A DNA stretch of 64,000 nucleotides from Candidatus Heimdallarchaeota archaeon (GCA_011364965.1 RDOB01000002.1:448001-512000), one strand, 5' to 3'. Shown: positions 18,227 to 29,090, counted from the first letter of the stretch. Notes: a model not told the origin generated them from the sequence alone. Translations and numbers: made by a program.

Positions 18227-18739
18227 TCAAGATATGACAATAAATCTTACGTCATATTTTCTTTCTTCAATTGTTAGAAGAACTATCGTATTCTCTTTAG
18301 AAAATTTTTTATCAGTAGGAGATCCAGGATTGATTATTTGAATTTTTTGTTTTTCTCCAACACGAAATGCCTCTGGTTTATGAGTATGTCCACAGATTAT
18401 AATATCTAGATTCTTAAAATTTTTAAAGATGTTTAATATTCTATCATAGAATCCCTCTGGACCTCCATAACCGTGAGTAATCCCAATTGTTAATTCTTCA
18501 ACACGAAGAGTATCAATTGCGGGATATTTAGAGCGAACATCTGAATTACACATATTTCCATGTACAGCTCTGACTGGCGCGATTTCCTGCAGGTCATTGA
18601 TAAAAGATAAATCCTCAAAATCCCCTGCATGTATAATCAATGAAACATGTGCATCTTTGAATGTTGAAATAACTTCGGATGGCAATAAGCTTCCTGTTCT
18701 AGGAATGTGTGTATCTGATAATATACCAATGGTTTGCAT
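18227..18739 (-). CDS. YfcE/MJ0936/Vps29 family metallophosphoesterase
   Basis: SDTH, HAGD, GNM, THG, GHTH and NPGS motifs. Confidence 0.92.
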   Translation of the reverse strand: MQTIGILSDTHIPRTGSLLPSEVISTFKDAHVSLIIHAGDFEDLSFINDLQEIAPVRAVHGNMCNSDVRSKYPAIDTLRVEELTIGITHGYGGPEGFYDRILNIFKNFKNLDIIICGHTHKPEAFRVGEKQKIQIINPGSPTDKKFSKENTIVLLTIEERKYDVRFIVIS

Positions 18740-18758
18740 TTGATAGAATCCTCGTTTT

Positions 18759-20210
18759 TTATCCGAATACAAGCGATTTTATAACAACTGGAAAAACTCG
18801 ATCTTCTACAATTGGTTCCCCAATATCGATAAAATCTCCTTCTTTAAGCGAGATTTCATCAATTGATATAACATTATTTGTAATTCCTGTTTCTCTTATC
18901 AAAACATTTCCAACACTATTACCACAATCTGTATCGAACACTAATATTATTGTTTTATTCTTAGCAATGGTTTTTGGTAAAGCGGATACAATACCTTTGC
19001 CAAAGATCGCTAATTTATCATAAACCGTCCGTACTGGATCATGGAATGCTAATGCAATAGTTTCATCGCCCTCAGTTATATCTAATCTTTGTAGACTGCT
19101 GATAATTTGTGTCTTAACATACTCAATTGATAAAGCTTCTCTATCGATTTGTGGGGTTACAATAGGCAGATTCCTGATGGGAAAAATTGATCTAGGTATC
19201 TTTTTTGACATAAAGGTAGTAGATCCTGAAACCTGCAAGGTATACTCACTTGCACCAATTACAGTTGCGCGGATTTTTTCTGGAGCTTCGATCAATGAGT
19301 AATTAGATTCAAACATTAAGGTCCTTATTGTTTGTCCAAGGTTTAAACCAATATCTTGATAATCCACTTTCGTCTTTTGATATATGTATTCTGCTACACC
19401 TCCAGAAAAACTCCAGTTATGATTTTTTTGTATATGTTCTTTTGGTATTAGAGGAGTCATCATTAATTTTTGTGTTATTTCAGAGATGTTCTTGTCACTT
19501 ATTACTTCTAATAATGAATCCGCTAATTTTCTGGCAATAATAGATTTCTGTTCCTCATTAATTGATTTACCTAATCCTGAATTAATGTTACATTCTTTTA
19601 AAATCATTTCACCAGCAGGTTCGAGGCGGGTTATAATATTATTATCATCAAAGGCAATTAAACGACCCCCAACATTTATACATGCTGTGGATAGAATTTG
19701 TCCATCGTTAATTACTGCAATATTGGATGTTCCCCCTCCAACATCAGTATGAATAACAAAACATTGATTTTCTTTTGAGTAGTTTACTGCGCCAGACCCA
19801 TATGCTGAAATTATTGCTTCAAAATTTGGTCCAGCAGTGCTTGCAACAAATTTTCCAGCTTCTTTAGCTAATTTGTTCACAATTTTCTCTGCATTTTCCT
19901 TTTTTGCTGACTCACCAGTTATTATACAGGCACCTGTATCAACATCTGTTACTTTAACTCCTGCATTTTCATATTCTTGTAAAAACTGTTGAATTAATCT
20001 GTCCACATCAATTTCGTTATTTAATCCCTTAAGTGGTGTAAAGAATATTGTACCACGATATTTAATTGTTCTTTCTGAGACAAAATATTTCTCTGTACGC
20101 GAGTTAGGATCCTTCCTCAATGTTAACTCTGAGAATATAAGATGGGAAGTACTTGTTCCAATATCTATTCCAACACTGGAGATTTTTTTCTCTATTGCTG
20201 CGAATCCCAT
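18759..20210 (-). CDS. eutA: EutA family reactivating factor
   Basis: SVGIDIGTSTSHLIFSEL, IITGESAKKENA, FVASTAGPNFE, DVGGGT, NVGGRL, IRATVIGA, PVVIKSLVF. Confidence 0.93.
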   Translation of the reverse strand: MGFAAIEKKISSVGIDIGTSTSHLIFSELTLRKDPNSRTEKYFVSERTIKYRGTIFFTPLKGLNNEIDVDRLIQQFLQEYENAGVKVTDVDTGACIITGESAKKENAEKIVNKLAKEAGKFVASTAGPNFEAIISAYGSGAVNYSKENQCFVIHTDVGGGTSNIAVINDGQILSTACINVGGRLIAFDDNNIITRLEPAGEMILKECNINSGLGKSINEEQKSIIARKLADSLLEVISDKNISEITQKLMMTPLIPKEHIQKNHNWSFSGGVAEYIYQKTKVDYQDIGLNLGQTIRTLMFESNYSLIEAPEKIRATVIGASEYTLQVSGSTTFMSKKIPRSIFPIRNLPIVTPQIDREALSIEYVKTQIISSLQRLDITEGDETIALAFHDPVRTVYDKLAIFGKGIVSALPKTIAKNKTIILVFDTDCGNSVGNVLIRETGITNNVISIDEISLKEGDFIDIGEPIVEDRVFPVVIKSLVFG

Positions 20211-20317
20211 TAAGATAAACTTCCAGAATAAGTTTTATCTAAGGAAATTGTAAAAAAATTTCAAAAGTGCTTCTGGGATTACCCAGAAAAAGGATTTTGA
20301 GGGATAAGGCATTCCTA

Positions 20318-22573
20318 TCAAATTAATTTATTAGAAGGAATTTTACCGCATATAGCACAAATAGTCGTTTTTACATATTTTTCTGTTTTTTTATTTGAAT
20401 TAATATAGTTAAATACACGTCGATTGCATTTAGGGCATTTTTTCTTTAAAAGATATAATCTTCCTTTCTTTGGAAGGAAATATGAGGTCTTACAGGTAGG
20501 ATAGTTTGTACAACCTACAATTTTGTATATCTTTACTTTCTTAAGAATTAAGTTTCCATTGCATTTGGGACAAGGTCCTACAATATCATTTAATATAGTA
20601 ACTTCCTTTGGGACACTCGTATTTAGAGACTTAGTCCATTTACATTCGGGGAACCGATTACATCCATAGAATATTTCACCTGTCTTTGAATTTCTCCTCT
20701 CAACAACGATTCCGCTTCCACAAGCAGGACAGATGTTAGCTTGGTTAATAGATGAGGAGTTCAATTTAGGATTAGTTAATACTGCTTTTAGTTCTGGGAT
20801 ATGAGCTATAAGTCTTTCATGTAATTGAATATATTCTTTCCGTATTGATTCCAACATATCCTCATAGCTAGCTTGATGAGAAGCTACTTCATCCATCTTC
20901 TGTTCAACCATACGTGTAAAATTTGGGGTTACTAGGTCTGGCCAAATAGTCTCAAGAACTTGAATTATCGAAACACCTAACTGGGTACTCTCAAGAGAGG
21001 TTTTGTCTCGATGTATATATCCTCTAACTTCCAATTTTTTAATAATATCAGGACGAGACGATTTGGTACCGATTTTCAATAGCTCCAATCTTTTGAGGAG
21101 TGCAGCATCAGACCATCTAGGAGGTGGAGAGGTTTTAAATTTTAATTTCCTTAAATTTCCTATTTGAACAATTTGATCAATAAGAAATCCAAATTTAGAG
21201 GTTTCTTTTGGTTTTCTCCAATAAATTGATTCCACCCATCCTTTATTAGTAGTTTGTTGGTATTCTTGTCCAAAACGTTCCTCTTTAATTAAAATTAATA
21301 CCTGACCTCGTTCTTGTATTAGGTCTGGCATAAACATACCTATATAATAGCGTGAGATATAATCCCATGATTTAATGTGCAGCTCGGTTATCTTTTGGGA
21401 GTTTTTTGGAATATTTCCAGTTGGATGAATCGGATCATGATCTTCAACTCCGATTTTTCTCCCATTAACGCGTACCTGAGTAGGGTTATCTATTTTTAGG
21501 AGAAAATCCTTGAATGGTGAATGTTTTGAGAGTTTTTCTAATATGGGAACGTGGGGGAAATTATCTTTGAATCGTCTATTCTCTGTTCTAGGATAGGAAA
21601 TAAATCCTTCTTCATACAAATCTGTTAGAAGATTCAAAGCAGATTCTGCTTTGACTTTTAATTCCTTAGTGAGAATTCCAAGAGCATCAGTAGTGTTAAG
21701 AGGCCGTGGAGGTGGGATTTTGGTTACTCTAGTAGAAAAGTCCTTAACTAGACCAGTTCTAGATCCTTCAATCCTTATTAATATTTTATTTAATTCTTTA
21801 ATATCGCTAAAAGGAGATCCTAAATGTTTTACACTTAAAATGACCTTGTTTCTGGAATCATCTAATATATCAGCAAAAAGATTATGCTTATCAGTATATT
21901 GAAATTCAATTCTTTCTCTATCACGATCTATTATAAGTTTCAAAGTTGGCAATTGTACTCGTCCGACTGAGAGTACTCCTTTTCCTTTCTGGAGCTGTAT
22001 TTGCCTAGCAGCTTTGGTTACTTCCCGCGTTCCAGCAAAACCCACCCATGCGTCTACGAACCTCCTTCCTTCCACAGCTATAGCTAGAGCTTGGTCCCAT
22101 TTTTTTAGATCGTTAAACGCACGCAAAATTTCTGTTTGGGTTAATGAGGAATTCCAAATGCGACTAGTATTTTTCTTAAGCGAAGGATTTACACGAGTGG
22201 CAATTCTGTATGCTTCAAGGGCGATATTGTCCCCCTCAGAGTCAGGATCAGTTGCTAACCATAGTTCTGAAGCTATTTTTGCCTTTTGACTTATTAATTT
22301 CTGGAAAACCTCATTTTCATTAATAATCAATGATTTATTGCTTTTTACAATCTCTAGAGGTTCACATTTTCCCCAATTATATTCAGATGTTGTATCAATT
22401 GATGTGATATGGCCAACTAGTGGGAGTAACTCCAACTTCTTACCATTAAGTACTCCTTTTCGGATATAGATGTAATCAGCTGATTTTTCCAGAGAACTGG
22501 TTGAAAAAATTGCTTGGGCAATGGTTTTTACTTGGGATGGTTTTTCACCAATTACCAGAACCTTAGAATTCAT
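20318..22573 (-). CDS. topA: DNA topoisomerase IA with C-terminal Zn ribbons
   Basis: IGEKPS, ATDPDSEGD, SVGRVQLPTL, ISYPRT (catalytic Tyr), IGT.SSR, and three C4 zinc ribbons. Confidence 0.95.
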   Translation of the reverse strand: MNSKVLVIGEKPSQVKTIAQAIFSTSSLEKSADYIYIRKGVLNGKKLELLPLVGHITSIDTTSEYNWGKCEPLEIVKSNKSLIINENEVFQKLISQKAKIASELWLATDPDSEGDNIALEAYRIATRVNPSLKKNTSRIWNSSLTQTEILRAFNDLKKWDQALAIAVEGRRFVDAWVGFAGTREVTKAARQIQLQKGKGVLSVGRVQLPTLKLIIDRDRERIEFQYTDKHNLFADILDDSRNKVILSVKHLGSPFSDIKELNKILIRIEGSRTGLVKDFSTRVTKIPPPRPLNTTDALGILTKELKVKAESALNLLTDLYEEGFISYPRTENRRFKDNFPHVPILEKLSKHSPFKDFLLKIDNPTQVRVNGRKIGVEDHDPIHPTGNIPKNSQKITELHIKSWDYISRYYIGMFMPDLIQERGQVLILIKEERFGQEYQQTTNKGWVESIYWRKPKETSKFGFLIDQIVQIGNLRKLKFKTSPPPRWSDAALLKRLELLKIGTKSSRPDIIKKLEVRGYIHRDKTSLESTQLGVSIIQVLETIWPDLVTPNFTRMVEQKMDEVASHQASYEDMLESIRKEYIQLHERLIAHIPELKAVLTNPKLNSSSINQANICPACGSGIVVERRNSKTGEIFYGCNRFPECKWTKSLNTSVPKEVTILNDIVGPCPKCNGNLILKKVKIYKIVGCTNYPTCKTSYFLPKKGRLYLLKKKCPKCNRRVFNYINSNKKTEKYVKTTICAICGKIPSNKLI

Positions 22574-22707
22574 GTAATTCAACCAAAAAAAGAAATAAAT
22601 TAGTTTAATGAAAAGCTTTAGACTAATTAAATTCAATGATAATACTTATGCTTTATTTCTTTTTTTGCTATAAATAAGATAAATAGAAAATGTGTAAGGG
22701 ATAAACC

Positions 22708-23508
22708 ATGAACTTTCGAATGTTTGACTTAACACAGCGTTTAAGTATACATACACCTCCTTGGCCAAGTTACATGCCATTGCAAGTACAATACTTCAAA
22801 AGAATTGCCGGAGCTCATATGGGACAAGGTGCAAATGGGCAAATCATAAAAACAAGCAATCATGTGGGTACACACATAGATGGAGAAATCCATTTCTTTG
22901 CAGCGGGTCGTACGATTGGGGAAATGGCATTAGAAGAATTTTGTGGGCCAGGGGTCGTTGTTGATCTTTCTAATGATGTAGATGATTATGATTTATATTC
23001 CCCTGAGATGCTAATGGAACGAGCGGATATTAGAAAGGGTGATATATTGCTAATTAAGACTGGATTTCAGCGATATGCGTGGGATCAACCAGAATCGGAT
23101 GAAGTAAGGTACTTTGTGAAACATCCTGGTCCAAATGCAGATTTTCCGCAATGGGCAATTGATATGGAATTTAAATGGATTGGTGTTGACTGCGGAAGTG
23201 CAGATCATCCAATGAATACAATAATACGTGATTGGCATCCTAAGAAATTTCTCGAAGCCGAACGTAAATTGATTACTAAGTATGGGGTCAAATCTTGGGA
23301 TGAGATGTTTCCCCCAGAGAAGTTTTATCAAATTATGCATCTAGATCTATTCCCTAAAGGTGTTATTCATGCAGAAAATCTCTGGATTCCAGATGATCCT
23401 CTTCTGAAAAACAAACGTACATGGATAGGTTGTTTTCCGATAAAAGGGATAGAACTTGAATCCTCATTTGCTCGAATTGTCGCTTTTCCTGATGTTCCTC
23501 TAGAATAG
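22708..23508 (+). CDS. Cyclase/kynurenine formamidase family metal-dependent hydrolase
   Basis: HVGTHID motif, GVD..SAD, HAENL. Confidence 0.88.
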   Translation: MNFRMFDLTQRLSIHTPPWPSYMPLQVQYFKRIAGAHMGQGANGQIIKTSNHVGTHIDGEIHFFAAGRTIGEMALEEFCGPGVVVDLSNDVDDYDLYSPEMLMERADIRKGDILLIKTGFQRYAWDQPESDEVRYFVKHPGPNADFPQWAIDMEFKWIGVDCGSADHPMNTIIRDWHPKKFLEAERKLITKYGVKSWDEMFPPEKFYQIMHLDLFPKGVIHAENLWIPDDPLLKNKRTWIGCFPIKGIELESSFARIVAFPDVPLE

Positions 23509-24005
23509 TTTCCCAATAAATTTTCACGTGCAAATTTCCCCTTTTTTAGGCAAAAATCTAAAATGCAAACTTTTTTATTCCCACTCTCTCCATTTTTTCT
23601 TAATTCCTTAATATTAAGGAAGGATAATTCTATGTTAGAAGATACTTCAGACCAAGAAGCAGGTGATTCTTTATTATTCACTCTAAAAGGATTTAAAAAA
23701 TCTAGTTTGTTTACGTTTACCGTTTTAATAATTTCATTTCTTTTTTTATAGGGAGGTGGATTCATGATATTTGAGTTTGAGTATGGGAACTATGTATTAT
23801 AGATCTGAAATCAACGAATATAATGTAAATAGTCTCCGTTCATACATAAAACCAGTGAACAGCCAAATTGAATGTCAACTCAAAAATTACCCGATTAAAA
23901 TAAGCACTAGTAAAATCCTTTTTTCAGTTCCACCAGAAATAAAAAAAGGAAATGAGAATTGATAATAAGCTAGAATCAATTAGAATTAAGAATGGAGACC
24001 TTCAA

Positions 24006-24482
24006 ATGAATAAAGATGAAAGAGTTAATTTTTATAAAAAGCAAATAGAGTTAGAAAAAAAGATTGTTGAAGCAGCAGAAGCAGCTGTTGTGGATATGAA
24101 AAATATTACTGTGCGTGAATTGATACTAGGAATTGCAAAAGACAGTACGAAACATGCTTCGTTATTGGACGCTTTAATAGCATTGAATATTGGAACAACC
24201 CCCCTTCTTAGAGAGGAAATAACTGATCAATTGAAATTTAATCTTGAAGAACACATCCGTCTCGAAGAACAAGCTATTGATTCTTATAAAGATATTTGGG
24301 AACAGTTAGAAGATGAGCGAGAGAAAGCAGTCATTAAAGCCATCTTGAATGATGAAATCCGCCATCATGCTCTATTGAAAAGAATACACAGAATGATTGT
24401 AGAAAAAGAAACTTTAACCGAGCAGGATGTTTGGGATTGGACTTGGAAAGATTCCATTTCCCATGGATCACCAGGTGGATAG
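24006..24482 (+). CDS. Ferritin-like/rubrerythrin family protein
   Basis: Paired four-helix-bundle motifs DSTKH, EHIRLE and DEIRHH; GGAG upstream of ATG 24006. Confidence 0.8.
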   Translation: MNKDERVNFYKKQIELEKKIVEAAEAAVVDMKNITVRELILGIAKDSTKHASLLDALIALNIGTTPLLREEITDQLKFNLEEHIRLEEQAIDSYKDIWEQLEDEREKAVIKAILNDEIRHHALLKRIHRMIVEKETLTEQDVWDWTWKDSISHGSPGG

Positions 24483-24810
24483 GTTAAAGAGTCTTTAGGT
24501 AGCTCAATTGTATAATCAAAAGAATTCAATACCTTTTGAAAGTATAGAACTACAGTAACTGAAGAATTGAAATTATTAATGGCATAAATCGACCTCCGCT
24601 ACTCAGGTTCCCAATCAATTTGGTTAATAAATAGCAAGAACTATAAATTAATTCAAACTCTCCTTTGAATAGTTTATATTGAAATCTCTTTTTCCTTTAC
24701 TCAAGTTGAGGCAGTTTTGACTATGAGGAATAGTTAAGAAATTATAATTAGAGAATTAGTATACAAATTCTATTATTGGATAAAAAGGAAATATAAGGAA
24801 TTTAAGGATT

Positions 24811-26868
24811 ATGATCACCAAAAAACGCGTAATTTTTGCCTTATTCTTGTTTATCGCATTAAATCTAATAATATTTTTTAAATCTGAAATAATTTTAGCT
24901 GACACTTCTAAGAATTTGGCTCAAAATCCAGTAGAATGGACTCCTAGCACTCCAGATATTGGAGATATGATAACGATTACATATGATCCATCCGCTGCAG
25001 ATACTGCATTCTCTAGTACACCTACCCGAGTTTATATGATTTGGGGTATGCATGTAAAAGGGAATCAAAACTTAACAGGGAAAGAATTTGGAGCAGTCCC
25101 TCCTTCCATGGAAATGTGGCCAGTTGGTACAGTTTTACATGATATTACAGCAGATCGTTTTGTCAAAACTCCCATGAATGATGTCGGGGGTATTTGGACA
25201 ATTTCAATTATTTTGAATGAAAGGCCAGATTTTTTAGTGGTGTATTTTGAAAATCAAAATGGCGACCGAGATAATAATAACGGTAATTATTGGCTTATTA
25301 ACTCGTTACTAAAAACAGAACGCATCCGAATTATTACGCCATCTTTTGCTGAACCTCTTATCACATTGAATGGATCTGAAATTATGATAAAGGTTGATGC
25401 CCCCGTTATTTCCACTGAGTGGTATATAACATTAGAAAACGTAGATGATCTCTTCGAACCAGCATTAACAACAAATTATGATGTTACTAACGCGATCTGG
25501 GCTCTCACGTTCTCCGCTCCTGCGAAATTAGGACTTTATGATACGAATATTTCATGCAAAGTTAACGGAAATGAAAGATTTGATTGGGAACCAAATTCTA
25601 TCAAGTTAATAGAGGAATTTAAAGCTGAATATAAATTCATCATATTGGCCGATCCGCAAATCCATCGTGATGGATCAGCTGGATATGCTTATCGAAATGA
25701 AGAGAGCGGAATTGGGAATCTTACAGACGTTCTGAAAGAAGTTAATCTACTTAATCCAGAATTTATTCTTGTTGCAGGAGATTTGACTGAATGGACTGAT
25801 GAGATAGCCTTGTTAAATTTCAGAAAATGGTGTAATCTCTATTTAGAAAACGCTCCTGTTGTTTTAACAATGGGAAATCATGGAGATTTTGAAGGTACGG
25901 CGTCCTCTGGAAATTATGAGTGGGGATGTGGAAAAGGCACTTGGTTAAATATAATCGGGTCAACGAGGGGAATATTTTACTATGGAAGTCATGCTATTGT
26001 AAGAGGTGATAGCCATTCGTTACAGTTTAACGATGAAAAAGATGATGGTATAGCTAATTATGAATTTGTCATGGACGCTTTAGATGAAGTAGCTTCAGCA
26101 GACTTGAAATTCCTAATGTTTCACCATCCTTTATCGACATATGGGGTACCTGGTGAAGAAGTTATTCAAGGGGATGCAGAAAGAAATGCAATAATATCCA
26201 AACTGCAATCTATTGGTGCAGCAGCACATTTTCATGGACATTTACATTTTGATAAATACGATAAGACTGGAGACCTTCATCACATAGGTACTACAGAAGC
26301 TGTGGGCGATAATCCCGGATTCCGGATTGTAAACATTGCTAATAATGAAATGATTAATTTTAGTTATGTACCCGCAAATCTCACTGCTTATTATGCCCCC
26401 TCGAATCCTATAGGAGGAGTAAAAGAATACTTCCAAGTTGAAAATGATGGAACTCAGACATCTCAAGCTGCAGCTATTCGGAATTGCTTCAATCAGGACT
26501 TTAAGAATGCCCACTTGCGATTTTACATGCAAAATGGGCCTTCATACCAATTATCGGGCGGAATTCTCTACAATTCATATATACAGGATGGAATACAAGT
26601 TCTCGATGTAGTATATAACCTGAAGAGGAATTCGACACGATTTCTCTCTGTTTATACTGAGACTCCGATAGAATTTACAGACTCGATACCAGTATGCCCT
26701 CCAATAACTGTTCCACCTCCACAAGTTCCCCAACCTCCTTTCACTTCCACTACTACTACTACTACAACAACAACTGGAACAGCAAGTGGATTCTTCTTGA
26801 TTGAGTTACTTTTAGGTTTAGGAATGATTCCACTAATTCATCGATCAACATCTAAAAAGAAGAAATAG
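24811..26868 (+). CDS. Surface-anchored calcineurin-like metallophosphoesterase with an N-terminal CBM-like domain
   Basis: Signal peptide; DNNNGNYW (starch-binding-CBM-like); DPQIH, AGDLTE, GNHGD, FHHP and GHLH; poly-Thr, ASGF, TM and KKKK. Confidence 0.82.
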   Translation: MITKKRVIFALFLFIALNLIIFFKSEIILADTSKNLAQNPVEWTPSTPDIGDMITITYDPSAADTAFSSTPTRVYMIWGMHVKGNQNLTGKEFGAVPPSMEMWPVGTVLHDITADRFVKTPMNDVGGIWTISIILNERPDFLVVYFENQNGDRDNNNGNYWLINSLLKTERIRIITPSFAEPLITLNGSEIMIKVDAPVISTEWYITLENVDDLFEPALTTNYDVTNAIWALTFSAPAKLGLYDTNISCKVNGNERFDWEPNSIKLIEEFKAEYKFIILADPQIHRDGSAGYAYRNEESGIGNLTDVLKEVNLLNPEFILVAGDLTEWTDEIALLNFRKWCNLYLENAPVVLTMGNHGDFEGTASSGNYEWGCGKGTWLNIIGSTRGIFYYGSHAIVRGDSHSLQFNDEKDDGIANYEFVMDALDEVASADLKFLMFHHPLSTYGVPGEEVIQGDAERNAIISKLQSIGAAAHFHGHLHFDKYDKTGDLHHIGTTEAVGDNPGFRIVNIANNEMINFSYVPANLTAYYAPSNPIGGVKEYFQVENDGTQTSQAAAIRNCFNQDFKNAHLRFYMQNGPSYQLSGGILYNSYIQDGIQVLDVVYNLKRNSTRFLSVYTETPIEFTDSIPVCPPITVPPPQVPQPPFTSTTTTTTTTTGTASGFFLIELLLGLGMIPLIHRSTSKKKK

Positions 26869-26890
26869 GATTTCTTCTTCTCCTTTTTTC
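26857..26890 (+). terminator. Hairpin plus T tract overlapping the stop of the phosphoesterase gene
   Basis: AAGAAGAAAT-agg-ATTTCTTCTT followed by CTCCTTTTTT. Confidence 0.5.
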
Positions 26891-26916
26891 TAAATAATTA
26901 AAAAATTATAACCAAG

Positions 26917-27408
26917 ATGGGAGTATTAAGATTGACTAATAATAAGGAGCAATCAAAACTCATTAGAGATCAAAAAGGCAATATAAAAGCTTTAAATGTT
27001 ACCAAAGAAGAGTTTCTGAAGCTTAGACCTGTAATTAGCCCTAATGTGAAGATTTTGAAACGTACGGATGTTGAGATGCTTTTAGAGATTGATATTCAAG
27101 AGATTAAGAAGAAATCTCTAATCAAACGATTATTTCCTACGCCTAATACACGGAAAATTATGCTAGATAGACTAGGAATGGATGTATTTAAACGATGTGA
27201 TGGTAACCATCGAATTAAAGATATATTTCAAGAATTTCAAGATGAATTCAAGCTTACTCCCACAGAAGTTGAAGTATCGGTCCAACAGTATATTTTAAGT
27301 CTAACAGAACGGCACATCATCGGTTTCTTAATACCAAAGGAAATTGTAGGAAAAGAAAAGCTGAAAGATGGAGCGATTGATAAAATACTCATCGATCCCA
27401 ATAGATAA
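26917..27408 (+). CDS. PqqD/RRE-like winged-helix protein
   Basis: LDRLGMDVFKRCDGNHRIKDI...F...EVEVSVQQYILSLTERHII matches the PqqD-family pattern. Confidence 0.75.
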   Translation: MGVLRLTNNKEQSKLIRDQKGNIKALNVTKEEFLKLRPVISPNVKILKRTDVEMLLEIDIQEIKKKSLIKRLFPTPNTRKIMLDRLGMDVFKRCDGNHRIKDIFQEFQDEFKLTPTEVEVSVQQYILSLTERHIIGFLIPKEIVGKEKLKDGAIDKILIDPNR

Positions 27409-27412
27409 AGGA

Positions 27413-28354
27413 TTAATTGAAGTTAATTGCATATTTAATAATTTCTTCAATTTGAGTATGCAAATCTGATTCAGGTTGTTTATCTAAGCGAAAAATAATA
27501 CAGTAGATATCATTTTTCTCCTGATTAAGCCATAAATAAGTCTCAAAGTATCCTTTCCGCGTTTTTAAAGGCATTTTTGAATCAGAACATTGAATTAATT
27601 TTTTTACTTCAATTTTTTTCTTGTAAACTAAATTAGAAAAATCAGGTGTTGGTTTATAATTCGAGGGAATATTGGGTAAATTATTTTTTGCATATTCAGG
27701 AAACCATTCAGGTAATTTATTTGAATCATCAATTTTTTGATTGGCCAATCCAATACGATATGCATAAACCTCCAAGTCTGCTTTACTCAATTCTAAAAAA
27801 GTTAATCCGATCAAAAATTTCCGATTCAATAAATTCATCTCAAATGCAGGCGTATAAACATTTAGATTCGGAGCAGACCATAATAAATATTTTTCCTCTG
27901 AATGACAAATTAAACCTGTCATGATTTCCGTTATTAAGGGTTTAAATACATCTTTTTCCTTGTTTTGATATTGACTGGCACATATTATAACACGTTGAGT
28001 TTTATGACAAACCCAGCTGAGGAGGTAACCCTGTGAATCGCCTTTCTCTAGATCCCAATAAATATAGTAACCATTATGAGCATTAACTTTTTTCTCCCCT
28101 TCGTTTCTAATTTTGATGCCTTTATTATCTTTTTTTAATGTTTTAAAGAGATCCCCTAAAACTTTTTTGGGTTCAGGAGGTTTTTTCTTGATTATGGCCC
28201 AACTGATTTCTAGTCTTTTAGTTGAAGAATCTCTAAATCCAATAAACCCTGTTTCAATTTTTTTCTTTGCAGGAGGTTTCTTATCAAATATAAGACTCCA
28301 ATCAGTTGGAACACTGACAATTAAATGATCCCATCCTAGTTTCTGATATTTCAT
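27413..28354 (-). CDS. Hypothetical soluble protein (possibly two PsbP/DcrB-like domains)
   Basis: 313 aa ORF with GW..L.VSVPTDW and a second W....VYTP half; alpha/beta pattern. Confidence 0.6.
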   Translation of the reverse strand: MKYQKLGWDHLIVSVPTDWSLIFDKKPPAKKKIETGFIGFRDSSTKRLEISWAIIKKKPPEPKKVLGDLFKTLKKDNKGIKIRNEGEKKVNAHNGYYIYWDLEKGDSQGYLLSWVCHKTQRVIICASQYQNKEKDVFKPLITEIMTGLICHSEEKYLLWSAPNLNVYTPAFEMNLLNRKFLIGLTFLELSKADLEVYAYRIGLANQKIDDSNKLPEWFPEYAKNNLPNIPSNYKPTPDFSNLVYKKKIEVKKLIQCSDSKMPLKTRKGYFETYLWLNQEKNDIYCIIFRLDKQPESDLHTQIEEIIKYAINFN

Positions 28355-28724
28355 TTTCTTAATCTTAGGGAATTTAAAGACGTTTATAATTTTACTGACA
28401 AAAGATCAAAAGCCTGAGGTTTGAAAGTTATGAATGATTGTATTGTATCTTTTGAGAATTTCGTTTTGGTCGATTATTGAAAGCAGCAGATCATGCTAAA
28501 TATATTATCCTTCTCATTATTCTATATATAGTCCAATTCAATAGGAATTCGCTTCTCCTTTACTTAACCCATATAGGAAATACATATTTTATTGACCTTT
28601 ATGACAAATAACTTTTAAACAACATAGGGAGGTAAATACTATCTTGTTTTAAACAGATTGATTCATTTCTAGGCTTCAAGACCGAATCTATTAAGGAGCT
28701 GAAGCTAAACATAAGGCGGTAAGT

Positions 28725-29090
28725 ATGTCTGAAACTGCTGTTCAGTGTCCATGTGGATATACAATTGAAGATTACAGAAATTATCTTCTACTCTATCTGA
28801 AAAAAGAAATGGAAGAAATAGATATTCTCTGTCCTAATGAATATTGCTATTTGCGAGAATTGGGATTTTTGAAGTTTAATGTAACAGAAACGGGTGAAAT
28901 TAAGTTCAAAAAGGGGAGGTTTTATGCTCCTTTTGTAACTTGGAATGCAACTCGTATGTCTAGTGAAATGACAGTGAAAATTCTAAAACAACATTTAATC
29001 GATATTACAGAAAAATCAGTTCGATGGGATAAGGTAAAGAGAGGCGCTATTTCGAAGAAACCAGAATCACAGAAGGAGGTTCTCAGTTGA
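28725..29090 (+). CDS. Small putative Zn-binding protein
   Basis: CPCG...CPNEYC; stop overlaps the start of the permease gene. Confidence 0.7.
   Translation: MSETAVQCPCGYTIEDYRNYLLLYLKKEMEEIDILCPNEYCYLRELGFLKFNVTETGEIKFKKGRFYAPFVTWNATRMSSEMTVKILKQHLIDITEKSVRWDKVKRGAISKKPESQKEVLS

Noticed and set aside
18227-18739. Vps29 retromer subunit as a eukaryotic signature protein
   Set aside because: All catalytic metal motifs are intact and the family is widespread in prokaryotes; it cannot be distinguished from YfcE/MJ0936 by eye.
23367-23962. Short ORFs between the cyclase and ferritin-like genes, including a GGAGGTG-preceded 12-codon ORF at 23764
   Set aside because: No recognisable motifs, mutually overlapping and low complexity. 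May be a gene remnant but cannot be supported.
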